The notes: a model not told the origin generated them from the letters alone. Shown: positions 26,002-40,115, counted from the first letter of the whole stretch. The stretch: DNA of 63,221 bases, filler included, from Choristocarpus tenellus KU-1152 (GCA_964200185.2; 14 parts of 14 records of this genome joined end to end with filler, not necessarily neighbours in it), one strand, 5' to 3'. Program-made: numbers and translations.

Positions 26002-27951
26002 CCCCCGAGGAGAAAGGGGTCGTTGATGGCGACATGGTAGAATGAGCTGCAGGCAAAGCACATCTGGACATTCCAGGGTACTCCAGAGGAGAGGGAGGTC
26101 AGGCCCTTGTCGAGGGGGAGGAAAAGACCCCCAATACCAGAGAGTGCGCCCGTCTAGCAGCATGTTTTTTTCATTTGGGAGGTGTGTGTGTGGGGTGGGG
26201 GGGGGGGGGAATTAAAAAAAAACGGGGGACGGAGCAGGCCTTCACAACTNNNNNNNNNNGGTGGTGGGGTGTGGGGGGGTGTTGTGTGGGGGGGTGGGGG
26301 TGGGGGGGGGGGGGTGGGGGTGGGGGAATTAAAAAAAACATGAGGAATGAATCTGACATTCATATTTGAACTGCAATGCACTACGGTAGTAGAGCTTCGA
26401 AGAACTGCCCCCTAACTATGTACTAGAATACGAGACTTTTTTCATTTCATTACTGAAAGACATTAAGTTGCAGAAGTGCATTATGACAGTTACTCTAGCA
26501 CTCTATTGGCTCTTGTCACCATGGATTTGAGAGTTGACAACATGCAAAAATTGGGATAGATGCTATTGCTGTGTTGCTCTCAGTTCTTGTGGGGAAACAG
26601 GTGGAACAATTGGTGAAATAGGGTCTCGTCGTAAGCAAGGAGAAAGTTTAAGCTTCAGACGCAGTGAGTCAGAGAATGGAGAGGGAGGGCCCACACACTT
26701 TGTTCTTGTGGCACTGTGCCTTAGTCAATTGCATTGCTTAGGTTTGGGGATTTGGCATTGTTGTAATGGAGTGCACGTTGTGATTCTAAACAGACTCTTG
26801 TTGCTCTGATCAACACAGGGGTGACGATAGAAAGGTGAGATGGGTAGGTTTACCAGATGCACCACCAGCACCCATGCATTGCGAGTGTGGTATGGACACC
26901 TTAACTGACAAATGGGCTTTGGCCTACCATGATAGGCCCGAAGAGCGCTATGGGGTAGAACTTGCTGGGAGGGTAGAGGCTGAAGGCCATATTCACGAAT
27001 GCAACCACCATATTCACGCGGCCAATCACAGACAGCAGGACCAAGATCTGCCACACACCGGTCTGGAATGATGGGTGGGATGGGATTTGGTCAAGTGTTA
27101 GATGGTGGATGTGGCTGGCGTTTGAAGCCGAATGCCACAAAATCGGATGATAAAGTGCTCCAAAAACCAGTGTTTCGCTCCACCAAAATTGTACGAGGAG
27201 GAGAGAATGATCGTTGCTACCCCTCAAGTCTAGAGCAGTAGTTATGACTGGCACTCGGGTTGTGCGTGCGAACAGTTCAAAATTTAAACCTTCCATCACA
27301 TAACCACACCAAGCCAATTGTAAGAGCACTCTCCTTATGCTCGTGCGAATTCGATCCTCGCACACATAACCTTCCTTCCCTGACCGCATTACGCTGTTGT
27401 AATTAAACCATTACTCCAGGCACGCTAGCATGCGGGATCCCCGAACCCTGAACCACTAAGGTGACCACAAATGCCAAAAACCAGAGGAAGCACCTCTACA
27501 ACCTCGACCCCAATTCTCATCCCCTTAAAAAAGCTACAACTTTCATCCCCACAATCAATCTACAGATCATTGAAGCTCAACAAGCAACCAACAACCCATC
27601 CCCATACCATGACACACACATCCTCCTACCACCTCTCACCATCCTTGCAAACGGCACGAAATGTCTTTCGAACCTTGCTGTGAACATGTAGACAACCACC
27701 ACCAGGGGCAAAAAAAGATCATTGGTGAAGATTACAGGTAATTTTCCCACCAGCAGAGGTGCAATGATACCCCCACCGAAGGCGGTCATCAGCGTCAAGC
27801 CAACACCGAGAAGCACATCCCACTCCTTGGCTCTATCAGCCAAACGGGTGTTGACGCAGCTGATGACGACCAGAGCCGTGGAGCAGACCTCACTAGCATA
27901 AGGCCATTGCATTAGTAGTACATATCGTAGGACATCTAGAGTGGGCATCAT
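26002..27951 (-). CDS. TRIC/TMEM38-like cation channel, exons 27951-27640, 27062-26928, 26153-26002
   Basis: TAFGGGIIAPLLVGKLPVIFTND and FGPIM|TGALSGIGGLFLPLDKGL are the two glycine-rich TRIC repeats; in-phase GT-AG introns. Confidence 0.8.
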
Positions 27952-29779
27952 CTCGATACACGGGACTGAAACGATTTTGAGGTTGGTGTGTAAAGTGCGT
28001 GTTAAGGTTACAAAGTACTACTACACTACTACAGACTTTGGAAGGTACACCTCCACTATCTGGTCAGGTGTAAGACATTGAAAGGTATAGGAGGAAATTC
28101 AAAATTTAATTAATCAGTTCGGGGATATCCTACAGAGGTGCTACAGGGAGATACGTTGTTCGGACTAAATGGAACGTAAAGACCCAGGGGGAATGGGAAG
28201 GAGAAATACAAGGGTAAGCGACCTAAGAAGGTCACTCATTCAAGGAGTGATAATGGAAGTGAATGAGCGGGGTATAGAATCTCGACTCCACATCCTAATT
28301 ATGTTGCAAGGAATAAGTGTAGATGTGATATATTATGAGGAAAAAGACTGTGTATACTTTTAAAAAAGAAAACGCATCTCAAAGGTATACCTTGGTGTGA
28401 AGGTGACCATAGATCAAAGATAGAGAGAGATACTTTGTACAGCCCAGCCTTGGCGTGTCCAAGTCCCCAGGATGTACCCACTAGCATCCGTGTTGCTTCT
28501 CTTGGGTGGGGATGCTGACACATCAAGCTTTACAATGAACCGCCCTTTACATTCGGTATGGGGTAATACAACGTTCAAACCGAGGAATGCTTTCGTTCAA
28601 AGTCCTCCACATGTTGAACAAACTCGAGCAAGGGTTAGCCGGCAGCGGTGGCAATGGTGTGTGGGAAGATCTTGCTGTAAGTTTCATTGGAGAACTATCC
28701 CACCAATTGGAGAGGGAAGATCCTCTGTTGTTGGAAAGGCAGGTATTCATGTCGTGATGTCGGCTAGGTCTTCAAGGGATGCCTGGTGAGTGATGATCAG
28801 GGTCACAGGTCGTTGTGATCGATCAAGCTTAGTATATCGAGTTTTTATGCCCATTGAAGTGCTGGTTCTTATAGAAGGTAAGCGGAAGCTGCTGTCACTT
28901 GTTCCTGTCCTTGACTGGTATGGAAAATGGTGCACACTGAGAAGTGCTGCTGGTACCACAGTGACAGTCAGGTTGCAAACATTGCCAGGATTATTTCGAA
29001 AGCAAAGGATCGAACTCTGTGCTATAAATTCAAAGGTAAGGTCGTCTATGGTCAGGTTGATTGCCTTGTCTCTGTGCCGTTTCTTTTTTTAGAAACACTA
29101 CGGCAATACCTACACAGGACATCAAAACACAAGGTTAGTCATCTCGGAAGTGTGTGTACGCCCATTTGTTCCGAGGTATGTCATCCATGGGGTCCTGTGT
29201 CATCATTTTGAGTGGCGTGAGTTGCCCCTGATAGGGATCTCGACCGCATTTGCAACTTCAGCAGAGTCGACCACCTGCCCCGATTACTCACATTGTACTA
29301 CCAACAAGCACGCTCGATATATCAAGAACTATCATCTTACAAGTATGCACCCTCAGACATTTATCACGATGACGTTTTATTCGTCATGTATTTGTCTCAT
29401 CTCTGCAGGGATGAAGACAATGAGAACAATGATGAGGACGACTCTGAGGGAAGTTCAATGAAAGGCGGCAAAGGTCCATTATCTCTGCCCAAGTGAGTGT
29501 GTCATCCCTCCCCCACCAACCCACCCTTCCCTTCTTTTCTGCCAGCACACACTGTGCCCCCACCATGACTGTGTGTTATCCTTAAACGCACCCCATTGAC
29601 ATGGCCGCCAGGGATGCTCTACATGACGCACACTACTGTGCAAAAGAGGTGAAGTTGATCCTATATAGGGTTAGGGTAGTAGTTATTTTGGTTGTGAATT
29701 TTTATTATTTTTTGAGCGCTGAATTGCCAGAGGTTTGTCACAGGCCCTTCACTGTGCAGATCCACAGGTACAAATCATT

Positions 29780-30380
29780 TCCAGGGACCACGGGTCGTAC
29801 CTGCAGTTACAACCCGTGTGGAACTCAAAACAAACACGGAGGTCCACTGTGTTGTGCAACCTCTTACCTCGGAAAACTACGCCACACTCTTAAATGTGTG
29901 CGCACTGTGGGCACTGACAGGTGTCGCGCGCAGTCTCAGGTCTTGCACCTCGATGTGTTCTTTGTTGAGTATTTTTTTCGTTTTCCCATCTATAGTGGCG
30001 CTCGCTGGAGTTGTAGGATTTCGATGTCTTCGTTGAGGAGTGAGTGTGTGTAGGTGAAACCACAGAATTGCTTGTTCGCCCTGGGCCCCACTACGATCTA
30101 TGTTACTCCTACACCTCTGTGTGGCACAGTAAGTTCTTATGTATGACAAGCTCTGCAGTTTTGTGATCTCACCTCTTTTGGAGTTGTGTTTCACATTGCA
30201 TTTTGTCGCACAAACTTCTTCGTCGGCAATTTCGACAATGTGCTGTGTGGTACTTGATAGCACCAAGTTCCGTGGTACCAATATGTGGTCCACACGTGGA
30301 GGTTTGCGGTCCAAAACGAATACATGCACAGGATCACGCTTACTTGACTTGACGGCAGGTCGAACTTGAAGGTACTCCGT
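29780..30380 (-). pseudogene. Possible piggyBac-like transposase C-terminal remnant
   Basis: Cys-rich tail RCK...CQCPQCAH...DLRVCFEFH across frameshifts. Confidence 0.3.
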
Positions 30381-30567
30381 CCGGCGGATGAGTCACCTTT
30401 CGACTCAACGGGGGGGGGATTCTTGTCTTCTATCAGATTATCATGATTCCAACATGCTTTTGTCTTGCCCTTCCTATATATATATATATATATACATGAC
30501 CGCAGGTGGTTGTTCATGCTTTAGGGTTATAGGGTACCTGGACTATATATTTACTTGGCATCATCTC

Positions 30568-30604
<37 letters not shown>

Positions 30605-32155
30605 CTTATTTTTTGTTTGACAGAAATTTTCTGTACAATAAATCTACCACGACGTGAGAAGAAGGCCTTCCAAGGTATGGAACGTTAAACCAAGGACACG
30701 GGGGCTACCCTAACCCTAACCCTTGTTGACTTGGGGGAAAAGGACGTACTGCAGCGGGGACTGACTGGATGGATCCTGGTTGTGCAGAATGGAGAGGAAA
30801 ATGTATGCCAATTGGCTAGATTTAACTCCTCTCAGTCAATGAATTGTACCTACAGTTTCATCGACATAGAGATCTAGATGGCACATGGCTGTGTGCGGTT
30901 CTTGCCTACAAATCTTTTCTACCTCCTCTGTTCATCACGAGCTTGACCTCTTCGCAGGGCAGGCTGTAAATGCATTAAAAAACGGAAATAATCACTGTAT
31001 ACTTGTCAGGCTGAGATTTGTACTTGTTGCAGTAGGTAGATACTAGACTAAGTCGGGGTTTGCTTAGGACTTAGGATTACCTCATTGTGAAAGGGGTTTT
31101 TTTTGCAGGACCATCCACAGATAGCAATGAAGATATAGTATAGTATCACCTTGTGGATTTGTACCCTGCCCAGCAAACTGTTTGAACTGATAGTGATCGG
31201 AGGAAGTGGTCATTGATGATGGACACAAGAGTTGGTACTGTTTCCAACTCACCGTGAGGCCCACTCCACACTACACTCATGGGGGATATACAGCCCTATC
31301 GGGTCGAGTCTCAGTGTGTGTATTTGCTATGTTTACCAGCTGTTTTGGGACCAGATATTGGACTCCTGAACTTCTTCCATACTCGTCATGACTGTGGGTC
31401 CTGTAATGTGGTACCAGATTCAGACCAGATGGTTTGTGTGGGTACTAATAGTGTACCCTTGTACCTGGAACTGGGTCATCAAGCGCTGTGGAAGGTTTAG
31501 GGTCGAGTCCACTGCGGTCCGATACTTTGGACCCTGTGACCTCGGACCAGACCTGAACCGGGTACAACTGTGGGTACCACTGAACACTGAGTACAAGAAA
31601 AGTCAGTTCACGGTTCACGGATCACGGTTCAAAGTTCACGCTTCAGATTTCACGGTTCTAAGTTCGTGGTTCAAGGTTCATGGTTCGCAGTCCACGGTTC
31701 AAAGTTCTTATTAAATTGTATGCCGTGGTTGAATTTGATTTTACTCTTGTGTTGTGTGTAGTTCCAGCCCCTAGACTGATAAGTACATCTAGCCCCCATT
31801 TTCGGACCTTCACCTCAACCTCAAAACCTCAATCCCTTAGCCCTAACCCTAACCCTATAACCGAACTTATTTCACGCCATCCCGCTATTTGAAACCCATC
31901 CTTTCTGTTAATTTCCCTAACCCTAACGAGGAGAGTGTACCAAGAGGACACGATCTGAGGTGCCCTAGTATACCCCCCCCCCCCCCCCGAAGGGGCCTAA
32001 CCTGCATATGATCGTTAACAGGGGATATGATGTGTCTGGGAAGGGAGGGGGCAACNNNNNNNNNNNNNNNNNNNNNNNNNNNNNNNNNNNNNNNNNNNNT
32101 TAATTAATTAANNNNNNNNNNNNNNNNNNNNNNNNNNNNNNNNNNNNNNNNNNNN

Positions 32156-32434
32156 CTAGGGAGGGTGTTCGATTAGATTCTTCCAACTCTATTGGACAGT
32201 TACGCGGACAGTTACAGAGTAACGGAACAATCAATTAGTGGTTGAGTTATCAGAACCTTTTACTAGTGATTGGTTGAAGGAGAATCTTTCTCATATAAAA
32301 AAAGGAAATATTTCTGATTTTATGGGGACTTGCATGCCCCACGTAAATTTAATCAATCACTCTACAGACACAAAGCAATCTCGCCGGGTTTATCACCTTT
32401 ACCCTCTTTTGATTATTTTGGGGATACTGTAACA
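32156..32434 (+). mobile_element. PPT plus 3' LTR (~270 bp, TGTTCG...TAACA); second copy at 59163-59428
   Basis: AGGGAGGG directly before TG; dispersed homologue with the same boundaries. Confidence 0.7.
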
Positions 32435-32814
32435 CATGCTTCCTCATACAAAACCTTTAAATATCACTCTTTTCCAAGCGATGTGTAATTTTCACCCCAT
32501 TCTAAGAATATCAAAATACTCGTAGCTTGATGCATGCGCTACTGATCGAGACTTAATATTCCGTTCATACCATTTGATCCCCCTCCCCCCTCAGCTTTCA
32601 CTTCATACATTTTTTTTTTTAACGAAGAATTACACAAGCTACGACCATATGCTTACACACGACTACCTATTTCCTTCTTCCGTAATATGTAAATACATGC
32701 AGTACATAGTATCACCAACAAAATTTAACTCTTTATCACATTGTATCTGAAATAACAATTATGTTGCAGTTCACGTATCGACCTTCACATACTCTTTCTT
32801 GTGCTGGGTCTCAC

Positions 32815-34099
32815 CTTGACGAGGTCCCGCCAATTCGTGAGGTCTAGTTCTGTCCCAAAAGCGCCGAGCTGTTGCTCTGCGAAGTCTCTCATTAAGGAGG
32901 GAGTGATGAAAGAGTAATCGCCGCTGGAGATGGCAATCATGGAAACCAAGTTGACCTCCAGCTGGGTGTATGTGACAGCGCCCACGGCGATGTTATGTTC
33001 GTCCACCTTTCCTTCGATCTCGCTTTCCAAGAGTCTTGAGCCTCCAGCAGAAAAGGCAGCCGAGTCGGTGTAAAACACCACAAGGTCTACAGTTATGAGG
33101 GCAGCATATGTACAAGAATTGGAACACGCAAAGAGAGGAGTGGGGGGACAGCGTGGGGAAAAGAAGGGAGAGAGAGACCATCCGCGATGAGCGTATCGAG
33201 TTATGGATCGGTTAAGTGACCCGGGGCATGTGACTACAATACTACATATGCAAATGATTAACACAGGTATATTGTTACGTGTTTTATTCAGACTGAGCAG
33301 TTCACTGTTGGGAACAGCTAGATCCTATTGCACTCTATACCAAAGAACATAGATTTCCACAAGAACATACGCGTCAGTGTCTCTACAACTCTACTTGAGG
33401 TACGTTCTCAAACATACCAGTTCCACGAGCTGCTCCTGCAGGAGTTTCCACTAAACGACGCCCTTCGGCATGTGATTTGACGTCGCCAAGACCACGTCTC
33501 CGATCGCCATCACCGATTTTGGGTATGTCCGTCTTAAGGGTGCGCTTCACTACGAATTCGGTCTCCGCCACTGTCACTCTGTAGAAAGAGTCCACGTCAT
33601 CATCCATCGCGTGAATTGTAATGTCGAGTGCACCCCAAGAGAGGCGACAGGTCAAGTCTCCTTTCGACTCGTTGATGGTGCCTGTCCAAAAGTATCTACT
33701 CTTCGTCATATCACATGCACCTTGGTCGACCGTGTCCTGTCTCGATGCCGTGAATGTTTCCGTGCCAACTGAGAAGGTGATGATTTCACCGCATCTAATG
33801 GCTTCCACCAATGAACCACTCCACTCAAGCATCTTCTGACTGGCGGTGGGCACGATCACCATTGTCGACCCCGTACCCGCAACACTCTCGAATTCACCCA
33901 CATCCAAACGGAAGAGGGGCTCTTCTCCACCTTCTCCGAGATTGTGAACGGAATAACTTGCACCGTCTATGAGCCATATCGCTGGGTCCTGGAGCTCTTG
34001 CATTTGTGGGACAGACTGCAGAGATTGAGGCCGGGATTCTGCCGCAAACAACAGCATGCACAAAAACAGGCCATTTTGGAGGACACTAGTCTTAACCAT
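32815..34099 (-). CDS. Secreted reprolysin/M12B-like metalloprotease, 5' part (exons ~34099-33418 and 33086-32815)
   Basis: Signal-peptide-like N-terminus, long pro-region, then DLVVFYTDSAAFSAGG...EIEGKVDEHNIA...LEVNLV, like the start of reprolysin catalytic domains. HExxH motif not in the contig. Confidence 0.55.
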
Positions 34100-34789
34100 A
34101 CCCCTCTCCAGATTGGGTAAGCACTTTGTGTTGTCGCGTTCCCTTTTCCGAGCAAGATGCGAGAAGCACAGAATGGTAGAACCGACAGTGGTCTGATGGT
34201 CTTATAATGTGGGTAAATTAATTCGTCGATCAATCAATCTCACTCGACTTGGACACGCGTGATTTCTGATGTTTTAATTGAATACTGGACAGCCTATTGT
34301 GTAAGTGTGGTGGCTACTAAAATGTTGAAGTTGAGGGAGGAGTTAGTAGTGACAAAATAGAACTATATATACACAACAGTAGTATTTGTAGTAGAAAAGT
34401 ACCGACTTAGAACAGGGGATGAATAGGGTGTGCAACAACTTCCAGCATCGTATCTGTTCAATTTATTTACCTTTACCTGATTCAAACTTCAATATAGAGA
34501 TATATGTTTGAACTAACTCAAGTTTCTGCTAAGGAAAGAAGTTTCTCTAGGTCAAGGAGCCAGGACTGGTGCTCAATATTTTGGAATCTGGACGAACCTG
34601 TACACGCTATATTGCGAAAAATTTCGTGTGGCAGACATTTGTCCAACTTGTTGGGCAATAAATTGATGTGTCCAACCTCATCTCGGTCTTTTTTTTTTAA
34701 TAGGCATCGCCAAAAACGTTGAAACGAAGATGAGAAAGGAGTTCAGGTAGGTCCCAAAATCGAAAAAATAGAAGAATTCCCCCTCGTCC

Positions 34790-35060
34790 AATAATAATGT
34801 ACAACCTAGTTATAAATGGACACCTTCGTGGTGGAAAGGTTTGGCAAGCAAGCGGAACTTTTCCTGGATGAGTTAGCTGACACACGCGGTAGGGGGGAGA
34901 GGAACTGGAGGCTACTACACCAGAAAAGGAGCTGTCAAATCCCGCCAACGCCAGATAGTCTCAGTCACAACGCAAGTAGCCCTATCTAGATGGGTCATGT
35001 GTTTTACGCTGCAGTCACCAGGAAGATGAGCAAGGGGGGGCTTATTAGATTCTTGAGACG
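34790..35060 (+). mobile_element. 3' remnant of a non-LTR retrotransposon (restriction-like endonuclease end)
   Basis: Degenerate ...LTHAVGG...EKGAVKSRQRQIVSVTTQVALSR, resembling the C-terminus of RLE-type LINE ORFs. Confidence 0.45.
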
Positions 35061-37487
35061 CTTCCCTAGCTCCTCACTTTGGGGTGCAGGAATAGGTTTG
35101 AGACACTGGAAGGTAGTAGTACAACATAGTAATAAAATAGGAAATAGATTAACGTTTTTCACTTTTGTGACTATTACTTCTTCAGGGATTTTTCAGACAT
35201 GTATGTGTGAATAGTTTTCATTACTTTTTCCCGGCACATCTACAAAATGTCAGAGGGTATAATAATATAATGTACTACCAATATGTTAAGGTATTGAAAA
35301 CCTCTTTTGTGGAAAGCAGGTTTGTCTATTATATCGTTATTGCCGTATTCCATACACCGTTTTACCAATTGAGATTCCTTGTCAAGAATCCATGATTCAA
35401 GTGAAGGATCTTCCGAGAGAATGAATCAACCCAATCTCTTCAAGAGACCAGTTCCAAACATATGAGACTGCTCTTCATTCAGAGTTGTCATATATGAAAG
35501 ATTTACTTTGTTCTCACGTCTTAAGCTTTCTGATGATCCTCTCTCACTAGATACTCAGTCTGTCAGTCCGCACAGTTTTTGTACAAGTAGTCTTGCACTT
35601 GTCCAACTTTAACCTCGTCCTCTCGGTTACCGTTCGTCTTGGTCTGTCTGGTCCGTCTTGCTTGGTGATTCTCTTCACCACCACCCTTGCTTGAGCGATC
35701 CATTCCGCCACAGAATCACATGATTCAAAATTTCTTGAAACTTAATGCCACTTGTGAAAACCTTATTCGTTGTGAAAGCATAGGATTGGGGAAGGTACCT
35801 GAGAAATATCTGTATTTTATCGGAAAATTAATACCATAGGATAAGGAGGGGAGGAGGAGGGAATAGATGGTTCAGATGCCACTGGAATTCACTACAGCAT
35901 AGAAGAATCGAGGATAATCCTGATTACCACTTCAAGTGCTATTTCTTGAGGATATGCTTTGCGTATTAGTGTTGCAAACACACAGAATAATAATAAAATA
36001 TGAACCACACATAGTTCAAAGAGTTGTTTGGAGGGGAATAAGAACAAATCAGATACTATGACCTGTACCTGCTGTGATAGGACATAGGTTGTCTACTTGT
36101 CTTCCACACTTTTCTCCCGTTGACTGTCCTCATTCTCTGGATCATTTTCAAGTCTATCCCCTTCTCCTCCAAGATCCTCCATGACTTGCACTACTGCGAC
36201 ATCTAAATCTGTCTGTTTGGCAAATGTCTTAAAAATGCATCATCCTCTTACATGTATTCTTCAGTTTATCAGTATCGAGTGGCAGGTCCTCTTCCTCATC
36301 ATTTGCGTTCGGGACATTGTTCTCGTCAGTCCATCCTTCTTTTTTTTTCCACCCTGCCTATAACCTTCTTAGCCTTAGATGTGTCGGAATCGCTTTTCTT
36401 TCCCTGGTTCTTGGCGCCTTGAAGGGCCTTGGGAACTGCGTGGAAGGGGAGGACAGCGGTGCATTTAGAGGGCAACTTCAACTTCGAAGCATGTTGCGAA
36501 GCGTCTCAGATCATTCACTGAGACAGTATCCAAAATATGTGAGAAGTAAATAAAAAACACTAACAGTTGATATTTTGTCTCTATTCATCGGACTACCAGT
36601 TAGCCAGAGGGACTTAACCAGAATGAGTTCGCAGACTGGTTCGAGACCCAGTCCAGTCACCAGTCCAGTCACCAGTCCAGTCATATCCCTGACAGCACTT
36701 GACAACAATACACATACTTCACAGGGAACGACCCACAGCCCAAATCGGTTGAAACTCTGACGGCCTAGGACCAATCCTCTAGTGAAATGTACTTTTTTCA
36801 GACCGATCAATCACACCCATCCGTTTCAAATCTCCGATGACCCTGAAAAATTGTGGCATGTTTGCTGGACCAGTCAGGTCAAGATGGATGGGTCAAGCAC
36901 GCCAGAAGGTGACAATATGTAGTACTTGTTTTAACAGAGTGGGGACAGAAAAAGTTTTTTGAGTTCTAAATCGTGGTAATCGTAATCGTGAGTAGGAAAA
37001 CAGGTCTTGGAGTTTTTGCATTCAAAGCCACCTTTTCAGTTCACCCTAATTTGTATGGATAAAGTGTTAAGATTGACTTGAGAGTATTGATTCTTGGTTG
37101 TTTGAAAGTTTTCCACAGAATCCAGAAAAGTCTTAATTTGCATTGATTGGGAAGTTATCTACTACTACTACATCACAGTTCACCATCGAAACAGGGGAGT
37201 GTGTCAAGGCTTACAACAGCCTCTCAGTGAAATTGAGGATGGAGCATATACTATGGAGGATGNNNNNNNNNNNNNNNNNNNNNNNNNNNNNNNNNNNNNN
37301 NNNNNNTTAATTAATTAANNNNNNNNNNNNNNNNNNNNNNNNNNNNNNNNNNNNNNNNNNNNTAGGATAGGTATAGAGTTTAAGGAGGACTTGTATTGGT
37401 GAGGGTGGATGTTAGAATATGGCTTGGCAGAGAAAGGAGAGAACCTGAGTTCTCCCTTCTTGGGTTTTGTGTCGAGACCACCAGGGA

Positions 37488-37741
37488 CAGTCAAAATATC
37501 TTAGAGGGTACAGCCGCGTCCATTTGGGGCAAAAATCCAATGTTGCAATTTTGATGTATTTTGACTATCATTTTTGTTAGGATGTCAATATCCTCGTCTG
37601 GACACTACTTTTCATAGCGTACACATTTCACCTACTCCAAAATGTTGTCGAGTAGGTAAAATGTCATTAAAAACCCTTGGGAAGTCAAGCCCCAAATGGA
37701 CAAACAGGGCAAAACTCGTACCCTCTAAGATACTTTCACTC
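37488..37741 (+). mobile_element. MITE-A inside DIRS RNase H
   Basis: Removing it restores SRPPGT-TWYLDAC. Confidence 0.9.
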
Positions 37742-38269
37742 ACAACATGGTACTTAGATGCGTGTTTTTCAGCAGTAGGAGGGTACAAAAAAGGGTAAGT
37801 GGTGGAGGTACGATTTCCCGGAGCACCTGATGAAGAAGGACATTACATGTAGTGTGATTATAGGAGAGGGAGGGAGTATATCGATCAATGTTTTGGAATT
37901 GCTAGGGATGGTAGTAAATGCGTGGTTATTGGTTGTGAAGGTGAGGAGAAAGGCAAGGAAGAAGGGAGACCCAGTGTTGCTAAGAGGGGACAACAACTCT
38001 GCAGTGCACTGGTTACGTAAGTGTGGGGGGGTCAAAGATAGGAGGGCAAGGGGATTAATGAGAACAATGGGGGCGTTGGAGATAGCAGGGGAATGGTCAT
38101 TTGTAGCTGAACATGTTGCAGGGAAGCAGAATGACTTAGCCGATTGATGCGGATAATGGAGGTGTTGGAGATAGCAGGGGAATGGTCATTTGCTGCGGAA
38201 CATGTTGCGGGGAAGAGGAATTATTTGGCAGATGGTATATCGAGATGGGAGAGGCATGGGATTCAATCT

Positions 38270-38448
38270 GACCCAAAGTATACGAGGGGGGGTGGCGGCT
38301 GTCCATTTGGGATCCATTTTTTCATGCCGCCATTTTTGGGTAATTTGGTTGCATACGTCGGATGGATAATGTAAATGCACCTTTCCTGATTTTGGGCCAA
38401 ATGGACACCCTGGTGTAGACCTCCTCCCCCTACCAGATACTTTGGGTC
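38270..38448 (+). mobile_element. MITE-B (~180 bp sister family); other copies at 3667-3725, 11013-11047, 19925-19945, 25036-25203, ~40440-40515, 63012-63140
   Basis: TIR GACCCAAAGTAT...ATACTTTGGGTC; shares CAAAGTATCT and GTCCATTTGGGG motifs with MITE-A. Confidence 0.85.
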
Positions 38449-39776
38449 TCTAACCTCCAACACGCTTGTTTGCGTGTTGTTTGACAGGAATAGCCCCAGG
38501 GTCGGGAAGGGGAGATGATGTGTTTGTGTGCCTTGCAGCCATGTACGCCAGAGGATCGGTTGCACCATCTACTCAGAAATGATACGAGACATCTTGGGAC
38601 CAATGGTCTGAGTTCCGTACATATAGAGGACTGAGTAGGTGGTTTGACCCCAGGAGTCGAGAAATAGACGTAGTGAAGGCCCTAGCGGAGTTCATGTGTT
38701 TTTATCGCGGAAGTAGGGGAAACCAAGTAAGCACAGTTAAGGGTAAGATCCAGTATTACCATAAACAATTTTTTCACTTCCAACTTCCCACACAACATTT
38801 CATGATTCACTTAGTGCTCAAAGGGATAGGGAGGAGCCACACAAAAATAGGCAGTGAGCCTAAGAGGAGGAGACCCCTGACATGAAGAATGATTGTAGAG
38901 ACAAAGCATCGCATTGAAATGTTAGGAATGGAGGGTAAATTGTCAAGGCTAGGATTGAGTTTCTCGTTTTTATTCCTAGCAAGAGCATCAGAGTTGTGGG
39001 CTTACGATGATGGGGGGGGGATACACGGAGATTTTCCAGTAAGAAGGAGGGATGTAGTGTGGTGAAGGGGAGTCGAAAGATTGAGGTGGGAGGATAGACA
39101 CCAAGGAGAAAAATTAGAGGTAACGTTTACAGGGTCAAAAGAAGATCAGGTCAGGAAGGGAACAGTGTTGACAAGGTTTAAGGTGGAGGGAAAAGGGGGG
39201 GAAGAAAGTATGGGAGGCTTTGAGGTGGTAATAGCTATCATGGAATGCTTCCCAGAACTCCCCCCTGATGCCCCACTGATGACATGTAGGCAAGGAGAGG
39301 GGTGGAGGGTGATTACAAGGGGTCAAGCAACGCGTGTCCTGAGGAGGATAGTAAAGGAACTCAAGTTGAGACCAGAGGAGTATGCCCTGCATTCGGGTAG
39401 GATAGGGGGAGCCACGAGATTGGCAACCATGGGGGTATCAGAGCTAGTAATGCAGAGGGAGGGGAGATGGAAGTCGAGTGCATTTCTGGTATACGTCAGG
39501 GCTAACCAGAGTGACCCAGTTTGGGTTTCAAAGGGCCTGGCAGAGAGTAGGAAGGATTGGATCCAACCAGGGCAGGAGGTAAAGGGATGAACTCGAAGGG
39601 AAATCAACCCTGAAGGGGAGGGGAGGTCAAGTTCGGGCGAGGTAGATGTCTTCTAGCTGTATGTACTGATGTATTATTTGCTTTGCTCGCAAATTCTGGA
39701 TTATTATTATTAGCTTATTCCTTGTTTTCCATTCCCTTATTCTCCATTCCTTTCCTTTCCCATGTATTCCTTCTTC

Positions 39777-40115
39777 TGACCAGCCCCTTGCGACCCCTTC
39801 GCCACTGGTTTCCTATTTACTCCCCCATGAGGTGACCAACCAGTGCGAATGCCCTTTGTCACCGATTTCCAGTCACCCTCTCCATTTGATGGCCAACCAG
39901 TGCGAATGCCCTTCATCACTGATTTCCGGCCATCCCCCCCATTTGATGACCAACCAGTGCGAATGTCCTTCATCATTGATTTCCATTCATCCCGCGCATT
40001 TGATGACCAACCAGTGCGAATGCCCTTCGTCGCTGATTTCCAGCCATCCCCCACATTTGATGACCAACCAGTGCGAACCCCCTTCGCCACTGATTTCCAG
40101 TCACCCCCCCCCACC
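39777..40115 (+). repeat. 57-bp minisatellite, 5-6 units; related array at ~48245-48485
   Basis: GACCAACCAGTGCGAA recurs at 39834, 39891, 39948, 40005, 40062. Confidence 0.9.

Larger units (their letters stand above)
37363..39590 (+). mobile_element. DIRS-like retrotransposon 3' half: RNase H and tyrosine recombinase (degenerate)
   Basis: YLDAC...SINVLELLG...LRGDNNSAV...HVAGK.N.LADGISR (DIRS RNase H); ARASEL and YALHSGRIGGATRL...REGRWKSSAFLVYVR (tyrosine recombinase catalytic residues). Confidence 0.92.

Noticed and set aside
39777-40115. CRISPR-like array
   Set aside because: Whole 57-bp units are homologous with no unique spacers; eukaryotic context and no cas genes.
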